Below, in pieces: positions 37,128 through 50,489 of a stretch of DNA of 64,000 nt (position 1 is the first letter of the stretch; every line of letters starts with the position of its first letter). Source of the DNA: Callorhinchus milii (lineage: Eukaryota); assembly GCF_018977255.1 (NCBI RefSeq), contig NW_024704742.1, positions 23,872,001 to 23,936,000 of the forward strand. The letters run 5' to 3'. The notes beneath the pieces were generated by a model. That model did not search any database and was not told the origin of the DNA. It saw only the letters and a program-made list of their open reading frames with translations. The position numbers and the translations under genes are program-made.

Positions 37128-38540
37128 TGAACTCCATGAACTCCCATGGCTTCCAGTTTCGTCATGAGTGTCTCATGAGGTACGAGATCGAAAGCCTTGT
37201 GGAAATATATCAGCGTTCTGCAATCTCATACAGAGCCACAATCTGCCCTTCACATTCCTCATGGGAATGGAAGCCAGTCTGGTCCTTCCTGATCAAACCA
37301 CGAGCCTCAGCATTAAGCCATCCGCACCAGCTGCCTTGCCATTGGCGCCACAGTGCGGCGTCCACTTCTTCCCAGCACATTGGGTCATTAAGGCCTTCAA
37401 CCTGGACCATGTCTCCTGCCAGCTCTTCCAGCCCCCATGCAGTTGGGTCTCTGCTATGACCTGTTGAGTTAGACACCAACTCCACGTAATGTCCCCGCCA
37501 GACCCCAAGGATACCCTCATGCATCTGTTGTAGAACACCAGACTTGCCGGATACTGGTACAGGCCCAAAGGCGGCAGACGATAGACTTCAGGCAATGGAA
37601 GAAAGATTTGGGATCGTGCTTGTGCAATTGCGCCCCCTATCAGAGTGACGCAGCCCATTGATCTCGCTTCATTTCTCTGATGACTTTCCTAGCTTTGTGC
37701 CGTGCTCAGTCGTAAGTTGCCTTTGTTGCAGTTCTAGTTTGCTCCGAGAAGGCTTCCAGAACCACTGTGAAAGCATTCTTCTTTCTCCTAATGGCTCTAC
37801 TTCACTTTATCGTTACCCGAACCGGGACCTGCTTTTGAGAGGGGTGCCTTGCAACCTGTAGCTTCAGTATCTTTACAACCTCAGCTGCAAAAGCAAGAAA
37901 GTCATTGGCTACCTCAGCAATCATCAAGTCTGTGCTGTCAGCACTCATAAAGAATTGGTCCCAGGCTTCATGTTCACCACTACTCCTCACTTGCTGGAGT
38001 ACCTTGGTACGATCGCTCGTAACACAAGGCATACCTACAGCTTCAACCTGACAATCACCCCATGTCACAGGGTCAGTACTCCACCCTAGAAGAACTAGGG
38101 CTGCCCTCTTTGACACTGAAGGTGAATAGCAGTGGTCAGAGGTTTCTCAGCGACATTGAACAGCGCAATTGGAGAGCATAGGACGTGCTGATCCACTCAT
38201 CACCACATGATCGATTGCTGTTCCGTTCTGCACTCCACACCGAGGCCATGTAAAATTGGTGAACCTCGGAACGGAAGCAGAGAGCATCGCTCCACCTTTG
38301 AAGCTCCAGTTTTGACATGTTCCAATCTCCCATAAAGAGCAACGGACATTCAGGGAATGTGTGAGGCTATCCAGTGAGGTTCCCACGTCCTTAAGGTTAT
38401 CCGGTGAGGTGCCCCCGGCGATCAGCACCAGCAGCTTTTGGGGAATTGAATGTACACTGATCCTACAAGCAAGAGTGCAGATCCCCTGAAGAATATCTTT
38501 GCCCATTGAGTTTAGAAGAGTACACTCTGATTTCCACTGC
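37128..38540 (-). mobile_element. Degenerate non-LTR retrotransposon ORF2 (APE endonuclease, linker, start of RT), probably RTE-group
   Basis: Frameshifted motifs in the expected order: LFMGDWN, FTWPR..GTAIDHV, SDH, WRGHYVEL, LNDPMCWEEV, NGKAAGADG, YFHKAFDLVPHETLMTKL..MGV. Confidence 0.8.
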
Positions 38541-39342
38541 CAACAGGATTCCCACCCCCCACCGCCCCCCACCCGCAAATAGTGTAATGAGACCTTTAAT
38601 AGCCACATGAAAACAAGCAGAATTTATTGGAAGGATTGGAAGGATTATTATTAATATAATTGCTAAGTAGAGATGATTAAACAGGAACGAAATTCTCGAT
38701 GCTATTATATTAATATTAATGAAACATATTTTGAGTCACTACAGCTATGTCAGAATGCACAAGATACCCATGTATCTGTATTGGTTCTTTCTTAGGAAAG
38801 AAGTTGCACACTGTCAGGAACTTGGCAGCCACCCATCAAAACGCCTGTCACAAAGTTGTCTTGATGCAGATACAATGCCCGCACCAGCTCATACAACTCT
38901 CTTGCCTTTAGTTGGTATGAACCAATGCTTGTAACAAGTCAGAATCACTACTGGGTCAACAGCTACTAAAGAATCTGAATGATTACTTAAGGTAAAGGCC
39001 AAACTCAGCCCCATTTAACTTTACCTGGAAACAAATCTGTGATAATCAGGGGCCATACATTTCTCACATTCTTAAATCCAGTCTTAATTTTCTACAGTAA
39101 TGAAACATAAATGTGGATAAGCAGTTTCCAAGTTTTATTTTACTGAATTTAAAATGCTTTCCAAAATTTTGCACAATCTTAAATTTTTTAAGTCTTAAGA
39201 ATGTAAGTCTTTCTTAAGTCTAAAAACATGACAAACTTTGGTCCCTTGATTCAATAGTTTAGATTGAATCTGCAAATATAGTCACTACACTTTAAAGTAA
39301 TTCCTGTGAAGCGCTTTCAGACATCCTGACCTGCAAATCACA

Positions 39343-39911
39343 TAGTAAACTCCGGATAACTCTTCATTCCAAGGGAAAGGAGCTCAGTGACGAGTTATCC
39401 GGAGCAGCGAGTTAGGATAGGTTCTCCCAGGCAACAAGAGAGCTGTGATTGGTGCGGGTGCTTGGTAGAGGTTGGGCGCGCATTCTCAGAAGCGTTGTGG
39501 AGGCCTCCAGGTTATTGGAGTTCTACGCTTGGCCTCCTGCCTAACCTGTCACAGGATAGCACGGGAGTGGAATGGAGGTCATGGCGCGATCCTCCAATAG
39601 ACCAGAGGGCTCCACGTTGTACTTGAGCATGAGTACCAAACCTCCACTGAGTGCCTGCACGAATCACAGGATAGGGCGGGAAGCCTCTGCGATGCAAGAC
39701 GCTATCTTGTAAGTTAAGTTATCCGATCAATTTTACATGTAAGTACTTACAAGAATTTCTAGAATGTGACTTGTTACATGTTAAGTGGAGTGACAGTAAA
39801 GCGGAATCCCTTATTAACATTTTGCATGGGGAGTGGCCGGGATATTGACAGCGTGACTACTGAAGTGGAAGTGACAAATTAAGCCAGGTTTGAGTTATCA
39901 GGAATTTACTG
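39343..39911. mobile_element. Tc1/mariner-pogo-type MITE (about 570 bp)
   Basis: TIRs TAGTAAACTCCGGATAACTC and GAGTTATCAGGAATTTACTG, followed by TA on the right. Interrupts a SINE tail. Confidence 0.75.
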
Positions 39912-42900
39912 TATATCAAATGCAAGGTTTATTATTTGAAAGTCTAATTAGATACTGTAGCCTGAACCGGAACACTATTGACTGACTGGAGAATTTAGAT
40001 TAAAAGGTGAACCATTAGAGTATATTAGTTTCCACTGCTGCCATGCAACATAGTATAAGCCTTGGAATGGTTGGATCTACTATTGCTTATATAAGTGACC
40101 TCGCAAATTCTTTGGTAGCTGTTGCCCTTGAAGTTGTCACCAGCACTGTTTAACTCCTAAGCAAAGCAAGTTGGGAGCAAAGTTTGTTCCTATTCTTTAC
40201 TTTGGATTCAAAAGGCTCAATGAGGCTGAATGGGTTTTCCTCATTCTGTATTTGTTAGAATGATAGATGGATTGAATGCTGCATGATAATTACAATTAAA
40301 GCAGTTTCAATAGTCTTGATAATAGACGCCACTTAAACATTTTTATAATGCTCCCACTGTTTTAAACTATTCACACTAAACTAATGAACATTATTGCTGT
40401 ACCTTCAGCATATTTGTTATTGATTTGATATTACTAAACATGTTGAAATCAGAATTGTTTTGTAATCAAAACACAATCTCTCATTTCAATCAAGAAGTTG
40501 CTGTTGACCACACAGCCTAGGATCTTGAGTCAGAGGATTGTTTAACATTAATTCTGCTAGTAATGTTTGAATAGCTTGTAGCAACAAAGAAGCTTATCTA
40601 GAAGGAGAAAAGGGGAAGAGAAAAGGTGCATAGTTCATGAATTCATGAATTCATGAATACATCATGAATCATACTAGTCAGCTGAGTACGTAGTAGCACT
40701 AAAGTTGTAAGGTGGAAATTTTTTTCACGTACCCAATTTTAACTTGGCCATCAAAGTTAATGAGTGGAAAGGTTGCTTCCTGCACGGGATGGAAGGAAAA
40801 TTGAAGGCCAATTTATGGCTGCACCTCTCGTGCATCTATCAATAATTGATTACAAAACCTTGATGGAAAGTGCGTTGATGTGGAGACAGGTTTCTAAAGT
40901 TGATTGTCAGAACAAAACGTTGCAAGGAGAGACTATGACTGTATGTGAATGTGCATCAAACGAACCCAAGGGAACTCTGCCCTGACACGTCCAGAAATAG
41001 ATCATGTTGGAATGGAGTTCCTGCAGGTTAACATCCAGGTAGCAGCGGGGTCTCTACTTGCACCTTCATGTTACAAATATTAGGTTTAGACCCCAGTGAC
41101 TGAGGAGAGCATCAGGCTTATTTCCAATATTCCTGCGGTTCAATAACCTGTCAACATTCACTATTATAGACAAGTAGCAATGGCTACTTGAGCAAACTAC
41201 TGGAGGTTAGCTGGTGGTATGAGAATTATACGCTAACATGAGTTGGTGCTTTCAGTAAAGGATAGCAGAGGAGTAAGATGTAGGATGAATTTTTAAATAA
41301 AAATCTATAAATCAATGAGCTCTACACACTTCAGACACTAGATGGTGCCCCACATCCCATTCTGTTAAGGATGCACAGCACACAAAAACATCAATCTTAT
41401 GTGCTCTCTGAGATCATTAGTGTGAGCAAAGAGTCAATTGTCGACACGCTGACTCATTCCAAACACTCATCAAATTCAATTTTTTTCTCCACTCAATATT
41501 TCATAGGGTTCCAGGTTTGCTTTAAAATTGTAACCTTCAGAATGAGGATGGCGACATGTAAAGCTTGACATTGCCTGGACCACAGGAATATCCAATACAA
41601 GACCAGGGAGATGGTCTTCTGATCTTCATTCATAAGAAGGGAAGCCATGGAATCTGTGACCATTGCTAGGGTATTTCTGACCTCAGTACTGCACAAACGT
41701 TTTGGGCTGGACCATTTAGCATCACATTCTGTGTCAGCATTGCATAATTCTTGCTGTTGATGCACTGTCTATAATATAAAATTCTTAAATGTAAATACTG
41801 TTAAGCGTAGTGACTGTGTCTTTGGGGGCAAACACAAGAGGCAATATTCGCATAGCAATGTCCTAAATGCTTTAAAGGAATGGTGAATATTTGAAGCCTC
41901 AAACGAGCTGAGCTTATTGGAAGCAAATAATTGAGGATTATAATATTTACCTAGACTTTAAAAGACTTGTATTTTATTTCAGTATGTTCTATGCAGTATG
42001 TAATTGTAAGACTGTAACATGAGAAGCATTGAAGGTGATATTAAAATGAGTGAAATCTGTCATTGTTAAATGACAGGCAGTAGTTGAGATACATTCAGTC
42101 TACAGTATTAGGCCAATGTTTACCAGGATTGGGTCTTTCAAAGTGAGTATTTTGTTACTGAATGCTTTTTTTTGCCTAACCATTCAAGATTTTTGATGCA
42201 CTTCTAGAAATCCAAATAATGGGAGGAGGGTTCTATATCGTTAAAAATATTATTAAATTTCATTAAAAAAACACAATACTTTCAATGTATTTTATATCCC
42301 CTGACATGTTCGGAACTGCTGGGGTGTGTGAAGAAGTGTTGCTTCTTGGCCAATTTGCAGCCAGAGTATATCCAGGAACATTGGTGAGCAGCTCATTATT
42401 AGCCTCAGAGCCCTGAAGCTAGGGAGGAGAAAAGAAATCAGTAAGGGTTTCCAATTTTGATTTATATAAAGCCCCCCCCCCCCCCCCGGTGAGAAGTGCA
42501 CATGTGTGGCTGTCACATTAGAACAGGATTTGGCTCGGTCATGTTGCCTGCTATGGTAGGATAAGGAATCCAACATTCACTGTCCAGTTGCACATTAATA
42601 AAATAAACAATGAATCTCGCTGCTTTATTTATAATCAGGAATCGGAATGTACTTATTCCTTTGTGTTTCCTGTTTCAAGCATTTTTTTCAAAATGATCTG
42701 TTCCTTTTTCTTGATATATACAGAGCTGCTCCCAAATTAAATTTGATGGGCAGTATGTAATTTGTTGTTATGAGCATAGGGATAAAGCTGAGCTCAACGA
42801 TCCAGTTAACCGGCAGGTTTGCAGTAATGATCCTTTGCCCAAATCCAAATTGTATCAAAATTAGCTTTTTAAAAATAAATCTTCAAAGTGGTAATGCAAA

Positions 42901-44621
42901 TGAAACAAGCAGAGCTAGTCTGCAAGTCCATGAAACATACAGTGCCAGGCTACTATTCTGTACATGACAAATGATACATGAGTGGGTGGCAGGAGTTAGT
43001 CATCAGATTAACTCCAACAGCAATTTAGCAGATTGATATCATTCCTGAAAATTGGGATTGTTATTGGTGGTATGGATGGTCTTGTTGTGTGAACCGTATC
43101 TTAACTGATAAAAGTACAGTACATAAATTCAAAGCCAATGTTTTTTTTGCTGTTTTCAGGGGCTTCATACTCAATACAAAGCTTTATCCAGGATCAGTAA
43201 CAAATAACCATTGATTTCACCTAAAGTCAGTTTTGAATCGGTTGATTAACTCTGGCCAATGCTATCACTGCATTCTCAACAGACTCTGTCAAAGCTGCAG
43301 CACTCCGAGGACAGTCTCAGACTTACCTTCAGCCCAGCCTATGATTAAGTGTCCTGTATTCGGTAAGCATCAGAGACAGACTTCTGGCTTAGTTGGCTTC
43401 CAGCATTAATTAGATGCGTTAATTGCTGTTTTCAACTCTTGGCAGCACTGAGAGGAAACATGCAACTTCTATTTTAAACGGATGAAAGGTCTGCATCACA
43501 GAAACTCCTATTTTTCTCCGGCTTCTGGTGCTGCATTAGATGTAACCAATAGGAGGAAAGTATTCCCCTAAAACGGTAATTAAAGCAATATATTATTAAA
43601 TTCTCAGATCCATTAATAACAAAACAAGGATTAAGTTCACTGACTTTTCTCCAGAGCAGCTGTGAATTCTCATAGGATGTAATACCTGACAGTGCTGGCG
43701 GGAAAGGGTTAAAGTGTTTCACACTCACTTGCATATTTTCCTTGATGTTCTCTCTTCTCTATTGATGTTAATTAGTGTTGTCGTTTGTTGATTCACAATT
43801 TTGTTGTGCCTCTTTTTTTTACGTTAATCAAAAAACAAATGAAAAAGCCATTGATATCATAAGGGTGACATCTTTGAATGCATTTGGCTGCTATACCTCT
43901 GATGAAAGAATCAGTGTAAATCAGTGACTTCATGCTAAAGCCTCCAAAGCTTGTCAGCTCTCTCAGAATTCGAAGCTGGAGCTTTTATTTCTATTAATCG
44001 AACACTTCACTGAATATCATCCATGTAGGTAAGACATTATAGCTGTTATCAGTCTCAATTACAGACACGCACAGACTAGACTGATGGGGGATTGCAGCAC
44101 CGAATCCTTTCAGTTCTCTCACTATAAAGGATGATTATTCTTCCAATAAACATGGCAAAATATTCTGCAGATCTGCGTGCTATGGTGGAGTGTTTGAAAA
44201 AGCAAATTGCTGATCAGGAAAAGATGACCTTTCTAAGAGGGAAGATTTGTATACACGTTTACAAAATGATGCTCACAGCATAATAAAATAATTGAGTTTC
44301 ATATACTCAGCAGCCTTTTCCCATTCCTCGGTTAATTTTCTAGTTAATAAGGCCAGTATATTGTACTTGAGAGATGAACGTAGCTAGTGACGTGATATAC
44401 AGGGCACATATATGGTTGTTTTATGTACAGGTATATGATATTATCCAGTCCTCATTAGGCTCTCCTGAATCTCACACTGTTCCTCACTGGTGTGCAACCT
44501 GTTCCCAAATCTCCCTTCTTCGGATGGCAGATGGACAGTAATTTTAAAGAAAATTAACCATTTAAAATTATTTTTATAATCGTCAACTAATTAATTGCTA
44601 TATGAATTTTGCTAACCATGT

Positions 44622-45408
44622 AATAATAATCCTGGGATGGCTCAAAACGCTTCACAGGAATATACTGTGAAGTGTCTGTATGTTTTGTGGGTGAACACGG
44701 CAGCCAACTTACGCATTGCAATGTCCCTCAATCAGCCATGAAGTGAATGACCAATTTTATTTGGGGGATTGTTAGCTAGGACACCAAGAGAAACTCCCTT
44801 TTCTTTTTGTATGGTGCCATAGAATCTTTAAAGTCCACTCGAAATGACAGAAAGGGCCTCGGTTAAAGTCAATAACAACTTGCATTTATATAATAATAAT
44901 AATAATAATAATCCTTGCATTTGATATAGCGCTTTTCACGTCAGGAGGACGTCCCAAAGCGCTTCACAGAACACACTGTAAAGTGAATTGACTGTATATT
45001 TGTGGGCGAACGCGGCAGCCAATTGCGCACAGCAATGTCCCACAAACAGTCGCAGATTGAAAATGACCAATTTATTATTATTTGGGTTTTTGGAGGGATT
45101 ATTATTAGTGTGGAGTAAGGAAACTTGCCCAAGGTTTCGCCCTGCCTGGAATTGAACTCAGGTCTCTCGCTTGCAAAGCGAGTGCTCTAACCACTGAGCT
45201 ACAGGACTCCACATAGTGCCCTCCACGCTGGGGAGGTGTCTCAGAGTGCTCTCAAAGTCCTATCTGAAGTACGGCATGTCCAACAATGCAGCACACCCCT
45301 AGGACTTCATTGCTTGTCAGCCTAGAGTATATCAGTTCCAAGTCCCGACATGGGGCTTGAAGCCACAACTTCCTGACTCAGAGGTGAAAGTGCCTGAACC
45401 AGGCTGAC
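44622..45408 (-). mobile_element. DeuSINE-like element with nested insertions
   Basis: Deu-like body at 44622-44870 and head at 45254-45408, split by the insert 44871-45253. Confidence 0.75.
44890..45212 (-). mobile_element. Young tRNA-Ala SINE, full length
   Basis: Reverse complement is near-identical to 20643-20968. Confidence 0.93.
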
Positions 45409-46324
45409 ACACATTATGTAGCTATTAAGAAATCAGTTTATCATATAATCTTAGTTAGACATTCTTCACAAAGTCTTCAGTGAGCGTCCCAAATATCCAC
45501 GATTCTATGTGTAATAGAGCACTGAGATCTTTTAACAGAACATGGTTGTTTTTTTTTAACATGAACCTTGGGTTGGCCACCACTGCACTAGGTCTTTGGG
45601 TAAAAGCCTTTAACTATAATTTAGTAAATAAATACCATTTAGTGTTTAAAAATATGTTGTGGTTTCAGGAACCTCACCTTTCAACATCAAGTTTTTTCTT
45701 TTTTCAGATAGTTTTAAATTAGATGCACTGCCAACACAATGTGATAGGGCGCAGATTGCAGTGTGGCAATCCACCCACCACCTTCTGAATGATAAAATTG
45801 TTCAGCAGTGTGGGAGATTTGCGTAAAATGAATCTTCTCTTCCTTCTTCACGGCACATTACAAAACATGTGAAAAGTGGCAAATGGAGGGGGCAGAATCA
45901 CCTAATGTGTTTTTACGTTGCATAAAATACATTTAACTGAAAAATGTCAAGCAATCCTTTTTGCTGTGAGGTAAGTTTAATGAAATTTTGTTTTGATGTA
46001 TGGTTTTTGGGTTTGCTGATATGCATGATTATTATCCACCAGCAGGCATTTTGTTATGGGTGTCAAAGTCTCCAGAGATGGAAGCGAGAGGGAGGGAAGA
46101 CAAGAAACTGACTAGCAGTCGAGGTGGGAACTGATTTTTTACTGATATTTCAAGAATTTTAGAAAGGTTAACGGGGATTGCTGGGATCTCTCTCAGGCTC
46201 TCATCTTTCTATATCTTTCACTCTACAGAACCTTGGAAATGTGCAGCATTGCAGAGGAAGCCATTTGGCTCAATTCTTTGTTTTCTCCTTCAAGAAGCAA
46301 TCCTTCCTAATCCTGCTCCATGTG

Positions 46325-47075
46325 TGTCACGGTGACTCAGCTGATAGCACGTTAGCCTCTGGGTCAAAAAGTTGTAGATTCACTCCCCACTTTGAGACCT
46401 GACTTTATAGTTTAAGCTGATGCTCCAGTGCAGTATTGGGGGAGTATTGTACTGCCAAGATAACAATAATAATAATAATAATCCTTGCATTTGATATAGC
46501 GCTTTTCACATCGGGAGAACATCCCAAAGCGCTTCACAGAACACACTGTAAAGTGAATTGACTGTATATTTGTGGGCGAATGCGGCAGCCAATTGCGCAC
46601 AACAATGTCCCACAAACAGTCGTAGATTGAAAATGACCAATTTAATTATTGTTTTTGGTTTTTTGGAAGGATTATTATTAGGCTCTGTGTGGAGTAAGGA
46701 AACTTGCCCAAGGTTTCGCCCTCTGCCTGGAATTGAACTCAGGTCTCTCACTTGCAAAGCGAGTGCTCTAACCACTGAGCTACAGGACTCCACGATAAAG
46801 ATAATGGCTTTTGGATAAGATGTTCAAACTGCGGTCCCATGTGCCTGCTAAGATGGATGTTAAAGATTCCATGCCACTGTTCAAAAAGAGAAGGGAGTTT
46901 GTCCTGACAATTAGTCCTCCAGATTAATTGGCCAGTGACCTCATGCCTGTTTGTGGTACCTTGTGTACACAAATGGCTGCTCTGTTTATCTACAAATTGA
47001 GTTAATACACGTGACAGTAATTACCTGTGAAGCACATTAAGGCATTTTGCCGTGATAGGCAATGAAAATGCAAGT
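46325..47075 (+). mobile_element. DeuSINE-like element interrupted by a young SINE
   Basis: Head at 46325-46458; the body resumes at about 46800 (ttggataagatgttcaaac...aaagattccatgcc...ctgtttgtgg). Confidence 0.7.
46462..46793 (-). mobile_element. Young tRNA-Ala SINE, full length
   Basis: Reverse complement is near-identical to 20643-20968. Confidence 0.93.
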
Positions 47076-47414
47076 TCTTTCTTCTAATGAAGGAGAATGG
47101 GAAGAACGAGGGAGAATGATTCTGATTTGTGAGCATTACATTCTCGGGACGAATGAAAGCAGCAATAAAAGTGTCATCTAGTGTCGATCTGAAAAAATGT
47201 TCAGGTCTCCGAAGGTAACCAGTCAAGGTATCCAATATTTGATCCAATAACAGACAGTCCCCTGCATGTTTGGCTTCAAAGCAGTGTCAAATGATTTAAG
47301 CCAATTACTCAATGTTGTCTCCTTCATTATTGTTTATTTTCAATCAAACTAGAAGCTGTCTTTGCAATGTGCTGTTACAAAGCATTAAAGTACAAATTTA
47401 CATTTATAAGGATT

Positions 47415-47826
47415 ATTGCTAGGATTATTTTCCTTGGAGCAGAGAAGGTTAAGAGGAGACTTAATAGGCGTTTTCAAAATTAGGAGGGGATTTGATAGGG
47501 TGAACAAGGAAAAACTATTTCCACTGGCGGGTGGGTTGGTAACCCGATTTAAAATAGTTGTTAAAAGAAAGAGGGGTGAGGAGAAATGTTTTCACACAGC
47601 CAGTTGTTTGATCTGGAATGCATTGCCTGAAAGGGTGGTGGAAGCCGATTCGATAACAACTTTTAAGAGAGAAGTAAATAATTATTTGGGGAGGACAAGT
47701 TTGCAGATTTATGGGGAGAGCGCAGGGGAGTGGAATTGAATTGGATAGCTCTTTTCAAAGACCAGGCACAGACACGATGTGCCAAATGGCCTCCTTCTGT
47801 GCTGTATGAATCTATGATTCTATGAT
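47415..47826 (+). mobile_element. CR1 3' end
   Basis: LGLFSLEQRRLRGDLIGVFKI..GFDRV...WNALPERVVEA; 3' UTR ggcctccttctgtgctgta and an (ATTCTATG)n tail. Confidence 0.92.
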
Positions 47827-49034
47827 AAAATGCCCTTCATGTCGGGATGAGGTCGCTGGGTGCTGGGCAGTCCAGGATTTTGGACTGACCAATAACAAAG
47901 ACCAGTAGCAGAATTTTATGTTTGACTAGAGCGAGCTGCTTTGAATGGTGAATTCCTTGCTGTAACTGTAATTATCATTATTGTAAGGAATCTTTCATTT
48001 GATGCTCTAATTTTAGTTCCACAGGTTAAGACACGAAACATTTTTTTCCAGCGTTCAGAATTGCACAACAGTACACATTGTAGTTATTGCAATAAAAATG
48101 CTATTTTTGGGTATTACTCTAATGTCACGTTATTGTTTTTCCATCATTTAGCATCCTTATGCATATTCATGAATGAGGAGACTGTAGAAGGCTACTTTTC
48201 TATGGGATTTATATGTGACAATGATAGATCCTTGATGAGGATTCCAGCTACACAGAGAGAAGACATGGGCTGGTGAACAGAATTCTCCACAACACGATAC
48301 TGCATCAATTTCAGCCATACTGTTGTGGCAGATGTGGAGGCCAAGAATTTCCCCATACAGAAGGAGAATGGCCCCAAATTACTTTCACGTGGGTACGAGT
48401 GGGCAACAGTTAGAAAGCTCCATAATTAGAGGCCCGGAAACAAGTCACTTATGTGATTGCTCTCTCAGTTAGAGGTGACACACACCTCAGAGAGTACATC
48501 AAAGGGGAGAACATAATATATATAACATACACACACTAATTTTTGTCAGGTTTGACCAGTTCTATGTTAACTTCTCAGAGTTTTTTTTCCCCTACAGTAG
48601 TAGAATCAGGTGATTTAGATTTTCATCCTGCAATGAAGACCCTTCAGAGGACTCATTGCAAGGGAGGTGGATATACAGTATACTTCTGAAAATCAAAGGT
48701 CTCAAGGTAGCGATTACAGCAACAAATTGCATTTATATAGCACCTTTTAAGTCGAAAGCACGTCCCAAGGCACTGGAGAGTGCAGGGTTTGCACCCGAGC
48801 TGGGAGTTGCAATCAATATTAATAATAATCCTTGCATTTGATATAGCACCTTATCACATCTTCGAGATGTCTCAAAGCGCTTCACAGAATAGACTGAAAA
48901 GTGTAGTGGCTGTGTATTTTGTGGGTAAAACCCTGAAGCCAATTGCATACAGCAATGAATTTGTTATCAAAAGCATGTATTTCTTTTTCTTGTAACCTTT
49001 TATAATTTTTTTTAAAACAGAAAATAAATTGACT

Positions 49035-49915
49035 TCAGTGTCCCTGGGCTACGGAAACAAGTGGGTAAAGGGCAAAGGGTGGGGGATGGGAAGATGACCG
49101 AAGCAATGGTTGAAGACAAAGGTGTGAGACGGGCATTGAAGGAGGCAAGGGAGGGGACGAGGCGGAGGGATGGAGTTCCAGAGGGTGGGGCAGAAAGGTT
49201 GAAAACCCGACTGCCAATTGTGGAGTAGGCCAGTGCCCACCGAGTGGATGGAACGGACAGGTCAGTAAAGTTTTAGTAAGTCACAGAGATAAGGAGGAGC
49301 AGGACCATGGATGGCTTTAAAGGTGAGGAGAAGGACCCTCTGGGGGAATGGGGAGTCAGTGGAGCCAGGCGAGGATAGGGGTGAGAAGGGCACAGAGCTT
49401 AGTGTGAACTCGAGTTGCAGAGTTCTGAATAATCTGAAGTGTATGGAGGGAATACTTGAGAAGTCCAGTGAGGAGGGAATTAGGATAGTCAAGCATAGAT
49501 GTAATGGAGGTATGGATGAGGGTCTCAGCAGTTGAGGGGAGAGGCAGCGGCGGAGCCAGGCAATTTTGTGGAGGTGGGGGAAGGCAGAACAAATCATGTG
49601 GCGTTTAAAAGACAGTTGAGGGTCAAACAAGACAACAAGACTCCGTGAGGTGGAGTGTGCATTCATGAATAGTGATGTTGTCAGTGCCTGAGGTGAGAAG
49701 ACATTGACGGGAGCCAAGCAGATGGCCTTGGTCTTGTTGACATTCAACTGGCGAAATTGGCTCTCATCCAGGACTTGATGTCGGACAAGATATTCCGTCA
49801 GAACAGCAGTAATCCTGGAGTCAAGGGTGGAAGCAGAGAGATAGAGTTGGGTATCATCAAAATACATTACTCTATGCCTGAGCGGGAGCAGGTAAATATT
49901 AAAAAGGAAAATGTC
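49035..49915 (-). mobile_element. L2 LINE 3' fragment
   Basis: YFDDTQLYLS, LNVNKTKA, AETLIHTSITSMLDY.NSLL and TLWNSIP motifs. Confidence 0.88.
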
Positions 49916-50489
49916 AAACATCAAGGATTTGGAGCATTGAGGCTACTCTTTCCCTTCTGTAGCCCAGGGCACTGAAATCAATTTCTTTTCTCATTTAAAA
50001 AAAATCTGTGAAAGGCTACAAAAAAAATAAACACAAGCTTTTGAGAACAAATTCATTCCAAGCTGCATGCCTGGGCAATTATTGGCTATAAAAACAGAAT
50101 TTTCATAGAAACATGGTTTATATAGCTGACAATAATCCCAAACAAGAAGGGAGGGAGTCACATTTTTTTCAGTTAATGTTTTGTACATTAACTTGGCACA
50201 TAATGTTTAACAACTTTCCAAGTGGGAGGTTTTGAAACATCTATAGTTATATAAAAAGTAATGAAAATCCATTGGTGCCAGGGAAATGTTGGGCTGCTTG
50301 GGATTTTGATAGGAGAGACTTTCATCTAAAATAAAGTCTAATTTGAGGTATTTCCTAATGCAAACAAGACTCCTTCCTATCTATGCACAAAAGAACCCTA
50401 CTCCCACACGAGCTATTTCCAGTGAAGAGTTTCCGCATGCTATTGGGAATTCTAACGGATTTTTCTTATTAATGTACTAACGACATTAA

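Noticed and set aside
43895..43956. CTGATGA...AAAGCTTG resembling a Penelope hammerhead ribozyme
   Set aside because: The required CGAAA core and a convincing stem II are missing.
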